This document shows, in pieces, positions 17,041 to 27,578 of a stretch of DNA of 64,000 nt; the stretch's first letter is position 1, and the number at the start of each line of letters is the position of its first letter. The stretch comes from Octopus bimaculoides. Its lineage: Eukaryota. The notes under the pieces are model-generated. The model was not told where the DNA came from and did not search any database. It saw only the letters and a list, made by a program, of their open reading frames with translations. A program made the translations under genes and the position numbers. The stretch spans positions 57,450,969 to 57,514,968 of the forward strand of contig NC_068985.1 of the NCBI RefSeq assembly GCF_001194135.2, read 5' to 3'.

Positions 17041-17230
17041 TAGGAGAATTCACCAAAAAACAACAGACGAAGACAGGTGGTGTAAACAACAAATAGATGT
17101 ATTAGTATAAGGCTCGAGAATAGAGAAAGTCTTTAACGTTTCGAGCCTACGCTCTTCAACAGAAAGGAACAAAGAAATAAATAAGGAGAGAAACAAGGAG
17201 AGAAAAAAAATATATGTAGTTGTCAGCGAT
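17041..17230 (-). mobile_element. Short non-coding repeat carrying a minimal hammerhead-like motif (probable Penelope pseudo-LTR derivative)
   Basis: Minus strand: pyrimidine-rich tract, then CTTTCTGTTGAAGAGCGTAGGCTCGAAACGTTAAAG, then a T/G-rich tail; embedded in (TA)n. Confidence 0.5.
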
Positions 17231-18570
17231 ACATATGTACATACATATATATATATATATATATATANNNNNNNNNNNNNNNNNNNNNNNNNNNNNNNNN
17301 NNNNNNNNNNNNNNNNNNNNNNNNNNNNNNNNNNNNNNNNNNNNNNNNNNNNNNNNNNNNNNNNNNNNNNNNNNNNNNNNNNNNNNNNNNNNNNNNNNNN
17401 NNNNNNNNNNNNNNNNNNNNNNNNNNNNNNNNNNNNNNNNNNNNNNNNNNNNNNNNNNNNNNNNNNNNNNNNNNNNNNNNNNNNNNNNNNNNNNNNNNNN
17501 NNNNNNNNNNNNNNNNNNNNNNNNNNNNNNNNNNNNNNNNNNNNNNNNNNNNNNNNNNNNNNNNNNNNNNNNNNNNNNNNNNNNNNNNNNNNNNNNNNNN
17601 NNNNNNNNNNNNNNNNNNNNNNNNNNNNNNNNNNNNNNNNNNNNNNNNNNNNNNNNNNNNNNNNNNNNNNNNNNNNNNNNNNNNNNNNNNNNNNNNNNNN
17701 NNNNNNNNNNNNNNNNNNNNNNNNNNNNNNNNNNNNNNNNNNNNNNNNNNNNNNNNNNNNNNNNNNNNNNNNNNNNNNNNNNNNNNNNNNNNNNNNNNNN
17801 NNNNNNNNNNNNNNNNNNNNNNNNNNNNNNNNNNNNNNNNNNNNNNNNNNNNNNNNNNNNNNNNNNNNNNNNNNNNNNNNNNNNNNNNNNNNNNNNNNNN
17901 NNNNNNNNNNNNNNNNNNNNNNNNNNNNNNNNNNNNNNNNNNNNNNNNNNNNNNNNNNNNNNNNNNNNNNNNNNNNNNNNNNNNNNNNNNNNNNNNNNNN
18001 NNNNNNNNNNNNNNNNNNNNNNNNNNNNNNNNNNNNNNNNNNNNNNNNNNNNNNNTATATATATATATATATATATATATGCGTATACGTGTGTGTGTGT
18101 GTGTGTAGGTATTAAATATAATTGCTGTGATATGCATAACAATCTAGCAGTCTTTACCTCAACGACGCAATCAAACTGAGGTCAAAGTTAAATTTATTAT
18201 AAGTAAGTTGACAGTTACTTCGAAGTTTCTTTGAATGCGGCCTATCAAACTGTCATATCAGACCTTGTTTTGACAGTTTGATTAGCTCCCTCGGCGAAAT
18301 TTGGATGCTACTGTCAAGTTTCTTACAACACACGCGCGGACACATACATATATGTGCGTGTGCGCATATGTGTGTGCTCATATGAATGCACATATAAGAA
18401 TATCTAATATATAATTCTCATGCAGAAACCTGCAAATGCATTTCTATTGAAAGTAACACACGTTAAACGTATGCATATAATCTTACATGTGTTGCATGTC
18501 TATATATCTCTATCCAGCTGCATGTCTCCGCAGCTTGTCAAATATATCCATTAATGTAATATATCTATAA

Positions 18571-18624
<54 letters not shown>

Positions 18625-18653
18625 TAACACACACACACGAGTATACACACACG

Positions 18654-18703
<50 letters not shown>

Positions 18704-18929
18704 CATATGTGTCTCTGTGTGTGTGCGCGCCACGCGCATATGTATCTACGTCCTTAAAAAAATGTTTCTAATATAATTAATTCAATATGACAAATTTGAC
18801 TCTATGAGTCTTACCCCTTGCCATCTTGAATTCAGTTGTAAACTTTCTAATTGTTATTGTACATATTCAGAAAACTACACAATATAACCTCACCGCTTAT
18901 TACCAGAGATTTATATTAACACAAATATT

Positions 18930-19300
18930 AACATAAACAATAATATAACAACATTCATATTAACATGAACAAGAATATAACTACAGGTGTCTTTCGACTT
19001 AGAACGAAACAAATTGAGCTAGCATGTACAAAGTGTAAGTCTTTAGGCAGAAATATAGGAGATGGACATAAGAGGTGTTTGGCAGTCGGCAGTCAGCCCA
19101 AGAAAGAAAGACCACAGCTGGCCGAACACCGGTCACGTGGAAGGAGGAGAGAGGGGTAGGGGGAAGCGGGATAGAAGGATTAGAAAAAGTCAAACAGACA
19201 AGGGGAAAGGTATAGGGGAGATAAACGAGGAAGGAAACTTCCACGGTGAAGCCTATGCTGCACAGTTGGCAATACTAAGAGTGACCAATTGAAATAACAG
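18930..19300 (-). mobile_element. Non-coding repeat with pyrimidine-rich body and degenerate hammerhead-like motif (probable Penelope pseudo-LTR derivative)
   Basis: Minus strand: C/T-rich body, then CCTAAAGACTTA...TAAGTCGAAAGACACCTGTA, then a (TTG/TTA)-rich tail; same architecture as 17041-17230. Confidence 0.4.
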
Positions 19301-19694
19301 AAATACAGTGACGTTATTAGCAAAATTAATACGATATGGCTGATAGGCAATATCTTGGATTGGCGTTATCTGTAGGAAATCAAAGTACGATGGGTTTTAA
19401 CGTATGAAATTTCGTGACTTGAGAAACTTCAATTAACTGAGGTTAAGAAAGCAAAAAATAGATAAACCTTTCTGAAGTTGTGTTGAAATTACAAAATGCA
19501 ACAAGTTTCTAAAAATTTCCTTTATTTTATGAATGAAACCCCACCGTATTAAAGCACTTGACATAGTTGGTGTAACATATTAACAATATAGAATGGAAAC
19601 GCTGGCTTCTTGAATTTAGATATTTCAAAGAGGCCATATTTTCTTCTGTTCAAATTCTTAGTTTATCAACACTGATCTTTAGGTAAGGAATATT

Positions 19695-19897
19695 AATTTC
19701 TTTATTGCCTACAGGGGCTAAACATAGAGGGAACAAACAAGGACAGACAAAGGGATTAAGTCGATTACATCGATTCCAGTGCGTAACTGGTACTTATTTA
19801 ATCAACCCCGAAAGGATGAAAGGCGAAGTCGACCTTGGCGGAATTTGAACTAAGCGTTTCGCCCGGCATGCGAACGATTCTGCCAGCTCGTCGCCCT
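19695..19897 (-). mobile_element. SINE family B copy with 17-bp target-site duplication
   Basis: TTTAGGTAAGGAATATT occurs at 19678-19694 and 19898-19914, exactly flanking the element; head GGCGACGAGCTGGCAGAATCGTT; homologous to 5777-5992. Confidence 0.92.
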
Positions 19898-20029
19898 TTT
19901 AGGTAAGGAATATTGTCGATTTAGTTGCTCTTTAACAATGGAGTAATTACCGTCTTCCGTCCTATGATTACGGAGCCGGTTACTTGATTTCTAATATGTT
20001 TAAATGATCGAGATTATAACACACTTCCT

Positions 20030-20200
20030 AAACGTGTCGCTAATCTGTCGCAAGGTTATGTGTTTATAGCTGAGTGAAATGAAAGCAACAACGTGAAATG
20101 ATGTGTTTAGTCCAAGAGCACGGCGCATCTTCCAGTCCAGGAATCGGAACCACGTTCTTCCGATCATAAGTACAACGCCCTGACCATCAGGTTATGTGCA
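20030..20200 (-). mobile_element. tRNA-derived SINE family C copy
   Basis: Minus strand: CTGATGGTCAGGGCGTTG...GTGGTTCCGATTCCTGG...CCGTGCTCTTGGACTAAACACATCATTTCACGTTGTTGC; homologous to 58075-58235 and 44455-44602. Confidence 0.7.
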
Positions 20201-21019
20201 TTAAAGAATGGTCGACACATATTTTATTCTATGTATTTTACCTGCTCCAGATGATGACATTTAAAGTTCATCTTTGGCAATTCATTTATAAATCATATAA
20301 AGAGAGAAGAAAATATCCATTTCTCTTTTAAGTACAAAGGTTCGAGATATTTTTTGAAATGGTTTACGTAATTAACATTGACCGAAGTTTACAACTTACA
20401 CGTATTTGTTCAACCTCTGGCAGGAATGGAACTCAGATGCAAAAGACAATACATAAATATCACAAGGTATTTGTGTATTGCCTTTCTTCCAATTATGACA
20501 TTTCAACAATATAATTAATATGGAGGACAGAGTAGTCTATAGCATTTCGTCCAGTTAATCATGTCTACAAATAATCGATGTAGACTAAATATTTGTAAGT
20601 AGAGTCGACTGTAACGGACCTATATGTATTATTGGTACATATTATATGATTGGTACATGTTGATTGGTACGTATGTATGATTGGTACGTATCATATTGCT
20701 GCAACGAAGGCGTTTACAAACGTACCAGAATATTTTGAAACATACATAGCGTTTTAACTACTGAAATTGAACATTTCTATGAAACCTACTTTTATTTTGA
20801 AGCTCTTACTGACTCTCGCAAACACGCATACACTCACACATAAGTACATACATATATATACGTCTATATATATATATATNNNNNNNNNNNNNNNNNNNNN
20901 NNNNNNNNNNNNNNNNNNNNNNNNNNNNNNNNNNNNNNNNNNNNNNNNNNNNNNNNNNNNNNNNNNNNNNNNNNNNNNNNNNNNNNNNNNNNNNNNNNNN
21001 NNNNNNNNNNNNNNNNNAC

Positions 21020-21710
21020 ATATGAAAGAGAACAACAAACGCTAAGGCAAGACAAACATCTCAAGTCATACATATTATCATTATTAGAAAAATTTAAAGT
21101 CTTATAGCTCTTTCTAGAGAGGAGGAAGAATGTATTTGACAGGACGTTGACAAGGATTGGTAGAAAGAATAAAATAAGGAATATAAAAAATAATTTTCAT
21201 GCCAATCCTTGCCAATGCAATGCATTCCTCCTCATCCTCCTCTCTTTATACCTCCAGGTTTCCTACCAATACCCCTCTCTCTCTCTTTCTATGTATTTTT
21301 TCTTTCTCTTTATCTATCAATTGCCACTTCTGCTATCATTCTCTTAGGAAACATCGATATGTTACATTTCTCGAGATATTTACTCTAGGAAGGCTATAAT
21401 CATACCTGGATTTACATAGGATTGCACCTAAAGACTTATGGACTAGCATCTACACTACCGGAAATTGAACTGTGAAGTTCTATGCTTCCTTTTTTTCTTC
21501 ACTTCTTTATTTCTTTTTCCTCCAGTCTTTTATTTCATCGTTTCCTTAATCTATAATTTCATCATTTCCCTATTTGTGTCCGATGACGGAATATCCCATA
21601 TTTTGGGATATCTCAGAAACAGTAAGACTTTAAATTTTTCTAATAATGATAACAAATATGACTGGAGATGTTTGTCTTGCCTTAACATTTGTTGTCCTCT
21701 TTAACAAATA
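21020..21710. mobile_element. About 690-bp non-coding element bounded by about 80-bp inverted repeats (MITE/foldback-like, or inverted Penelope pseudo-LTRs)
   Basis: 21026-21104 and the reverse complement of 21623-21702 align without gaps with 7 mismatches by manual count; no meaningful ORF inside. Confidence 0.7.
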
Positions 21711-22693
21711 TGTATATCCGGTATAACAGAAATCTACTATAGTTACATCAGCCCCGTCTCGGTTATGAGCGTGGAGCCCTGGTAATCCGTATCAGCGCTT
21801 ACCCAGCGTACCTAGTCGCTTAGATCAGCTGTGAACGAAACCCCCATATTTTGTATATANNNNNNNNNNNNNNNNNNNNNNNNNNNNNNNNNNNNNNNNN
21901 NNNNNNNNNNNNNNNNNNNNNNNNNNNNNNNNNNNNNNNNNNNNNNNNNNNNNNNNNNNNNNNNNNNNNNNNNNNNNNNNNNNNNNNNNNNNNNNNNNNN
22001 NNNNNNNNNNNNNNNNNNNNNNNNNNNNNNNNNNNNNNNNNNNNNNNNNNNNNNNNNNNNNNNNNNNNNNNNNNNNNNNNNNNNNNNNNNNNNNNNNNNN
22101 NNNNNNNNNNNNNNNNNNNNNNNNNNNNNNNNNNNNNNNNNNNNNNNNNNNNNNNNNNNNNNNNNNNNNNNNNNNNNNNNNNNNNNNNNNNNNNNNNNNN
22201 NNNNNNNNNNNNNNNNNNNNNNNNNNNNNNNNNNNNNNNNNNTATATATATAAATATATATATATATATTATTCAAAATAATTCCAACTCTGTTTTTTTA
22301 TGTTTTATTTATATTCTTATAATATTAATGTAGGATATAGTATATATAGTATATATAGTAGGTATAGTAAAATGAAATGAAGTATTGATTGTCTTATTGA
22401 ATAAATGAAATATTGAATATTAAATATTAAAGGACTAGTATACTTTCTTGCATTTTAACAGTCTTCAAAGTCCCATGTTATGACAGGAATGTTTCAAATA
22501 TAGTTGACTGGCTGTCTTTTGTTCTTTATACACATTCCTGTGGACAGCCGTAGTAGTTGTTTGGCTTCTTTTAGAGATGATGCCAAACCATTTTTCAATG
22601 TTTATTTTTAGAAATGATGACACCATTAATTTTTAGGAATTTTTTGTGTTTTAGTTGTAGGGATAATATTTTAAAACCCCAAATAAGGTTAAT

Positions 22694-23790
22694 TTAATCA
22701 TTGTTAAGCTTGGGTTTGAATTTCTTAATAAAGTCCTTTTCTCTCAGTTTTCTCTCAATTTCATTCAGGTTGTAAAGTTTATGAAATGGAAATATCATAA
22801 AAGTTTTCCGACCATATGCTGCCAGATGGTTACTCAGTGGTATTTGGCGGACTTCTGGGTTTTTAATTTGTTATAGATGCACACGCGAGCGTTCTGATAG
22901 TGCATTACCTGTCTGGCCAACGTATAGTTCTTCACAATTTGGGCATTTGATGCAGTAGATTAAATTTCTGCTTTTGCAGTTCATGTCGCGTTTGTGAATA
23001 TTTTCCCTGTTTTTGTGTTCATATATGGGCCCGCATGAATTAGTTGGCATTTACCGCATCGGCTATTATTGCATTTAGACACAGTAAATGGTTGGTCTTT
23101 GTTGCTAAAGTCAAACCTTGCCTTTGTTAATAACTTTTTTCAAGCTTTTAGGCTTACTGAGAGTTATAGTTTGATCTGTAATGATATTTCTCAATTCCTT
23201 ACTTTGTGCAATGATCGGTAGGTTTGCTTTAGCGATATTGAAAATGTTCTGGTGGCATGGATTGTGTGTCACTATAAATGGTATGATTTGTTCTTGTTTT
23301 TCTCTTGTTTGCAGTGTTCTCAGTTGTTATATGGGTATATCCAAAGCCGGCTGAATACCATTTTCTATAAGTAGTGACGGGTATTTTTGTTTGAGCAGAA
23401 ATTCTTTCAGTTCCATCAGGCGCTGATTTCTGGTCTTTAGATCCTCTACGCTGGTACAAATTCTTCTGGTTAAGCACTATGGGATGTTACGTTTTGTGTG
23501 GGGTGAATGGTACGATTTAAAATTCAGGTATTGGTGTGTATCTATGTGTTTATAATATATATCTGTGGTAATGGCGGTGTTCTTTTTAATTACCATTATA
23601 TCTAGGAATGGTAATTTGGTACTGCTCATCTACTTTGTAAATTGGATGGATGGGTGTAGGTTGTTCAGGAGGATGTTGAATTCTTCCACAGTGTTTTGAG
23701 ATTTTGTCCAGATTATGAAGCAATCGTCGAGGTATCACTTCCATGCTTTTTCAATATACCTTCTAAATTCTCTATATACATTTATATGTA
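22694..23790 (-). mobile_element. Penelope-like retroelement remnant (RT C-terminal half, linker, GIY-YIG endonuclease), Neptune-like; inactivated
   Basis: Minus-strand translation: AWK*YLDDCFIIW...LNNLHPSIQFT...LPFLDIMVI...TDIYYKHIDTHQYLNFKSYH.PHTKRNIP...; linker KCNNSRCGKC; MNCKSRNLIYCIKCPNCEELYVGQTG...RE..FIKKFKPKLN*. Several stops and a frameshift. Confidence 0.92.
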
Positions 23791-23796
23791 TGTATA

Positions 23797-23925
23797 CGAC
23801 GGGCTTCTTTCCGTTTATCAAATCCACTCACAACGACTTGGTCAGCCAGAGGCTATAGTCGAAAACACCCATCCAAGTGACATAATGTCATGTGGATGGG
23901 AAGCAAGCTTCTTACCACAAAGCCA
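23797..23925 (-). mobile_element. SINE family A, 5' half
   Basis: Minus strand GGCTTTGTGGTAAGAAGCTTGCTTCCC...CTATAGCCTCTGGCTGACCAAGTCGTTGTGAGTGGATTTG...GAAAGAAGCCCGTCG. Confidence 0.8.
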
Positions 23926-23926
23926 G

Positions 23927-25197
23927 TAGATCCGGCTGTAAAGTTCATACTCTCACCAAGCTATTCTCATGGGATTTGACCCAATCAGGTTTATTTTTCC
24001 ACATAATTCCCCCCTGCAGCCCACACGCTTCATCCATTGGTGTTGCAGCGTTTGGATCCTTTTTTGTGAAGAAGCCTTCATTCTGTTAAAACATCAGTTA
24101 TGACGTTATCATCACTGCGATACTGGTTTCCAGCTAAGTGCTTTTTAAAAAAAATTTGAGGACACATAATAGTTAGATGGGACCAAATCAACCAGTTCAA
24201 AGCCACAATCACGCACAATAACCATTGATATCAACGACTTGTTTGCTGCAGCATTCTCCTGATGAAACAATGCCCTTTTGTCAGTTTTCCTGGGCATTTG
24301 GTCGTGATAGTCTTTCATAATTGCCTCTGCAAATTGGCATAATACTTTCCGTTGATAGCGCAGCCCTTTTCAAAATTGTGCCAATAAATACAATGCCTCT
24401 GGGATTCTAAACATCTGAAGCCATCACCTTTCCTGTCAAGAAACAAACTGGCCTTCTTTGGCGCAAGTAGGAAGAGGTATTTCCACTGTATTGCTTACCA
24501 CGTCATCTCTGGCTTAACATCATGAAGCCAGCCTTCATCCGGGGTTAGGAAGCTTTCAAATAAACCAAGTGGATCTCCTTAAGACAATGTCATATTTTCC
24601 TGTGGTATGACCCGCTTGTTGCCCTTTTGATCAAGTGTCAGAAGATGTGGCATCCACCGAGCAGAGACCTTCGTCCCACCAAATTCATTGTACAGAATAT
24701 TGTAGATTTTTCCAAGGGCTATGCTAATAGCATTGGCTATTCTATTTATAGCCAATCGCCTGTTATCCATCACCATGTGGTGAACGCGATCAATATTATC
24801 CTCGTTGGTGGCAGTTGTACGTTGTCCAGACCCTGAGTCGTATTGAAGACTCTGTTCTCTTAAATTCAGCTGACCACCTTCACACTGTTAATAAAGCAGA
24901 ACTGTCAAACCTGAATGTAGCAACCACGTCAGCACGAATATCCTTGAGGGCTAAATCTTTTTCCTGTAGGTACTTGAAAGCACTACAAAGCCAAAATTTG
25001 CCAATTTTCAAGAGAAGTTGCTACTAATTACATTTGATTTCTTCTTTGAACAATGAAATGTCAGTTTACCTTAAAAGAGAAAACAATTCAGTTATAAATT
25101 AAAAGGGCTGACATTAATGCATGCAATATTTCACAGCTTTGGCATCACGCACCACTCCTCCATAGTCAGCCTTTGAACTTTTCAGCCCACCTTCGTG
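23927..25197 (-). mobile_element. Decayed near full-length mariner (Tc1/mariner) DNA transposon
   Basis: Minus-strand fragments VSARWMPHLLTLDQK (WVPHxL motif), ALFHQENAAANKSL...RDCGFELVD (HQDNAPAH-like), KHLAGNQYRSDDNV...LQHQWMKRVGCRGNYVEK*. Degenerate TIRs GGCTGTAAAGTTCA (about 23935) and TGAACTTTTCAGCCC (about 25174). Length about 1.27 kb is typical of mariner. Confidence 0.9.
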
Positions 25198-25249
25198 TGT
25201 GTCTGTGTATACATACACACACATATATCTATACATATACATACACACA

Positions 25250-25355
<106 letters not shown>

Positions 25356-26302
25356 TTTATCCGTGCAGCATATACTTTCGAATACAAATGTTTAGATGTA
25401 TAAATAGATAAAACAGACGCATACTGTAGAAGTTATCTATTGATTCCAAGAGATGTGAGCCCGCTTTTAACATTTACCGAATATTCTGGTTTTGTGGAAT
25501 TAATATTAATGACTTCTCAGATAGGTACAAGGTCACACTTATACGGAAAGTCAGGAAGGGAATATAACGAAATATATTAATCAATACTTGATTGATATGT
25601 ATTTTATTGGCTTCGGAATGGTAAAATATAAAGTCAAACTTGGGTCAATGTAGTTTCAATCCCAAACGTTCATTGATTCATCGAAACAATTTCAACGCCT
25701 TTTTGTGAACCGGTGTAGTTATTCGACTAATCCGTCTCTTTACTGTTATTTATGATAACAATAACATTCAATATGACGTTGTAGAATCGATGAGAATGCT
25801 GGATGTTGCAAAATCGGTGTTTAGTTATGGTTCTTTTAAAACGTTTTGCCTCTTTGCCTTTAAGCATCAATAATACATATAATATAAATACACGGCGTGG
25901 CACATTTAGTTGAATAAAGCAAAAAATGTTTGGATCGATAGCAATATATAGTCGAATATACCCTCAAAAACAAAATGTATGAAGTTGTAGCAATATTTTA
26001 AAAGCAATATTAGAGTTATTAACTCCGAAATTCGCTGTATTTGTAGAAATGTCCAATAAAATGTTCGTAAGATTTGTCTAAGCAAGATTTGAGCTACTTA
26101 GAGTCAATCATATGATTACGGTTTACTCGGGAATACTAAGCACAGGTACTCTTAGTCCAGTTTAAACCTGAGCCTGCATCTCAATATTTAGTATATATCC
26201 ATATATATTATGGCCATTATTGTTTCTCGTTTTCGACAACAGATTTAGTTAGTTGATACCACCAACCTATGTACTTGAATGTAAATTTATTCTTTTTGAC
26301 AG

Positions 26303-26368
26303 TGGAAGGGTGAAAGTGAAACATGCCACGAGCGTATTTAAACGAAAATTGTAGAGAAATACTGCAAG
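26303..26368 (+). other. Candidate 66-nt exon (non-coding or start-codon exon) of an unidentified transcript
   Basis: Acceptor TTATTCTTTTTGACAG| and donor CAAG|GTAAAT. All three frames have stops from the exon start, but ATG at 26323 opens MPRAYLNENCREILQ to the donor. No homology recognised. Confidence 0.2.
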
Positions 26369-26814
26369 GTAAATATCGAAAGAAATATGAAAAGTAAATA
26401 ATCATTTCAAGTATTGTCAAAATACTAGAAATGTGAGGGTGGGGCTGTAATCAGTAATTGCACTTCAAGAACTGAAGCATCTCAAATATATTCTACTAAT
26501 TCTAATTTCAGTCACTCACATCACATTGGCATTTTTAGATACTCACCGAAACGTACACATTTACCATTTCCAGCTTTTTCGACATCTTTATGTTTTATTT
26601 GGTTAATCATTAGAGTGTGGGGCAACGTCTTGAAATTGAACCGAGTACGCATTTGTTTTCAAAAACTGATTTTCCATCGGACACTTTTTTTCCGAAACAC
26701 TAAACAAACAACACAGATTGTCAATGCGGTTATAGGGACAAACATAACAGTATACGCACGCACGCTCATACACATTTATACATGGTAATTTTCTACACTG
26801 TTTCCTTGTACTAA

Positions 26815-26935
26815 ATTCACTGACAATACATTGGTCGGCCCGGGGCTATAGCGGAAGACGCTTGCCCAAGCTGTCGCACATTAGAACTAAACTCGAGACC
26901 ACCTGACTGCATTGCAGAATTCTTAGCCGCCAATT
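26815..26935 (-). mobile_element. SINE family A, 5' half
   Basis: Plus strand TTGGTCGGCCCGGGGCTATAGCGGAAGACGCTTGCCCAAG is the reverse complement of the family A central block. Confidence 0.8.
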
Positions 26936-27496
26936 CTTAACAATGCTTCTGTGAAACTCAGTAGATTTTCTGCCAGAAATTTGCATATTTTCTCCATTTT
27001 TAAATAGCATCAATAACACCAGCAGCAATAGTAACAAAAAAACAACAAAAAAAACTACAACGGTAATTGTTTCTAACATAGGAACGCTGATTTAAATTTT
27101 ATAGAATTGAAGTGCCGATTATACTTGCTTCACTATTTGAATAGTACTTAATTTCGTTGACACAGAAGGGATGAATTAACACGTTAACCTGGGCGAGATA
27201 TTAAATCAGTTCTGAAGAACAGAAAAGCCGACGCTCTAAGATTTCTAACAATGCACCGCCCAAACAAAAGCCATTTTGTTTGTTTACATATGGTTGAACA
27301 GCTTTTGTTCTCTTCGAAAGCTAAAAATAATTTTGATAACAAATGCGAAAGAATTAATGCAAAACTATTGATACTATTTATACCTCTCCAATGTTGAGTT
27401 CATGTCTCAAAAATACTTTGCAATCTCGTTTCTCCTGATAATAAACCTCTCCATAAGAGTGAGCGAGGAGAAACACGTTCTGCTATCTCAAATTAC

Positions 27497-27507
27497 GACA
27501 GTAGTAA

Positions 27508-27560
<53 letters not shown>

Positions 27561-27578
27561 ATAGTAGTAGTAGTAGTA
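27497..27578. repeat. (TAG)n microsatellite
   Basis: Directly visible. Confidence 0.95.

Noticed and set aside
26547-26699. 153-nt minus-strand segment with good acceptor and GTGAGT donor
   Set aside because: All three frames contain stops, so it cannot be an internal coding exon; no support for a non-coding exon.
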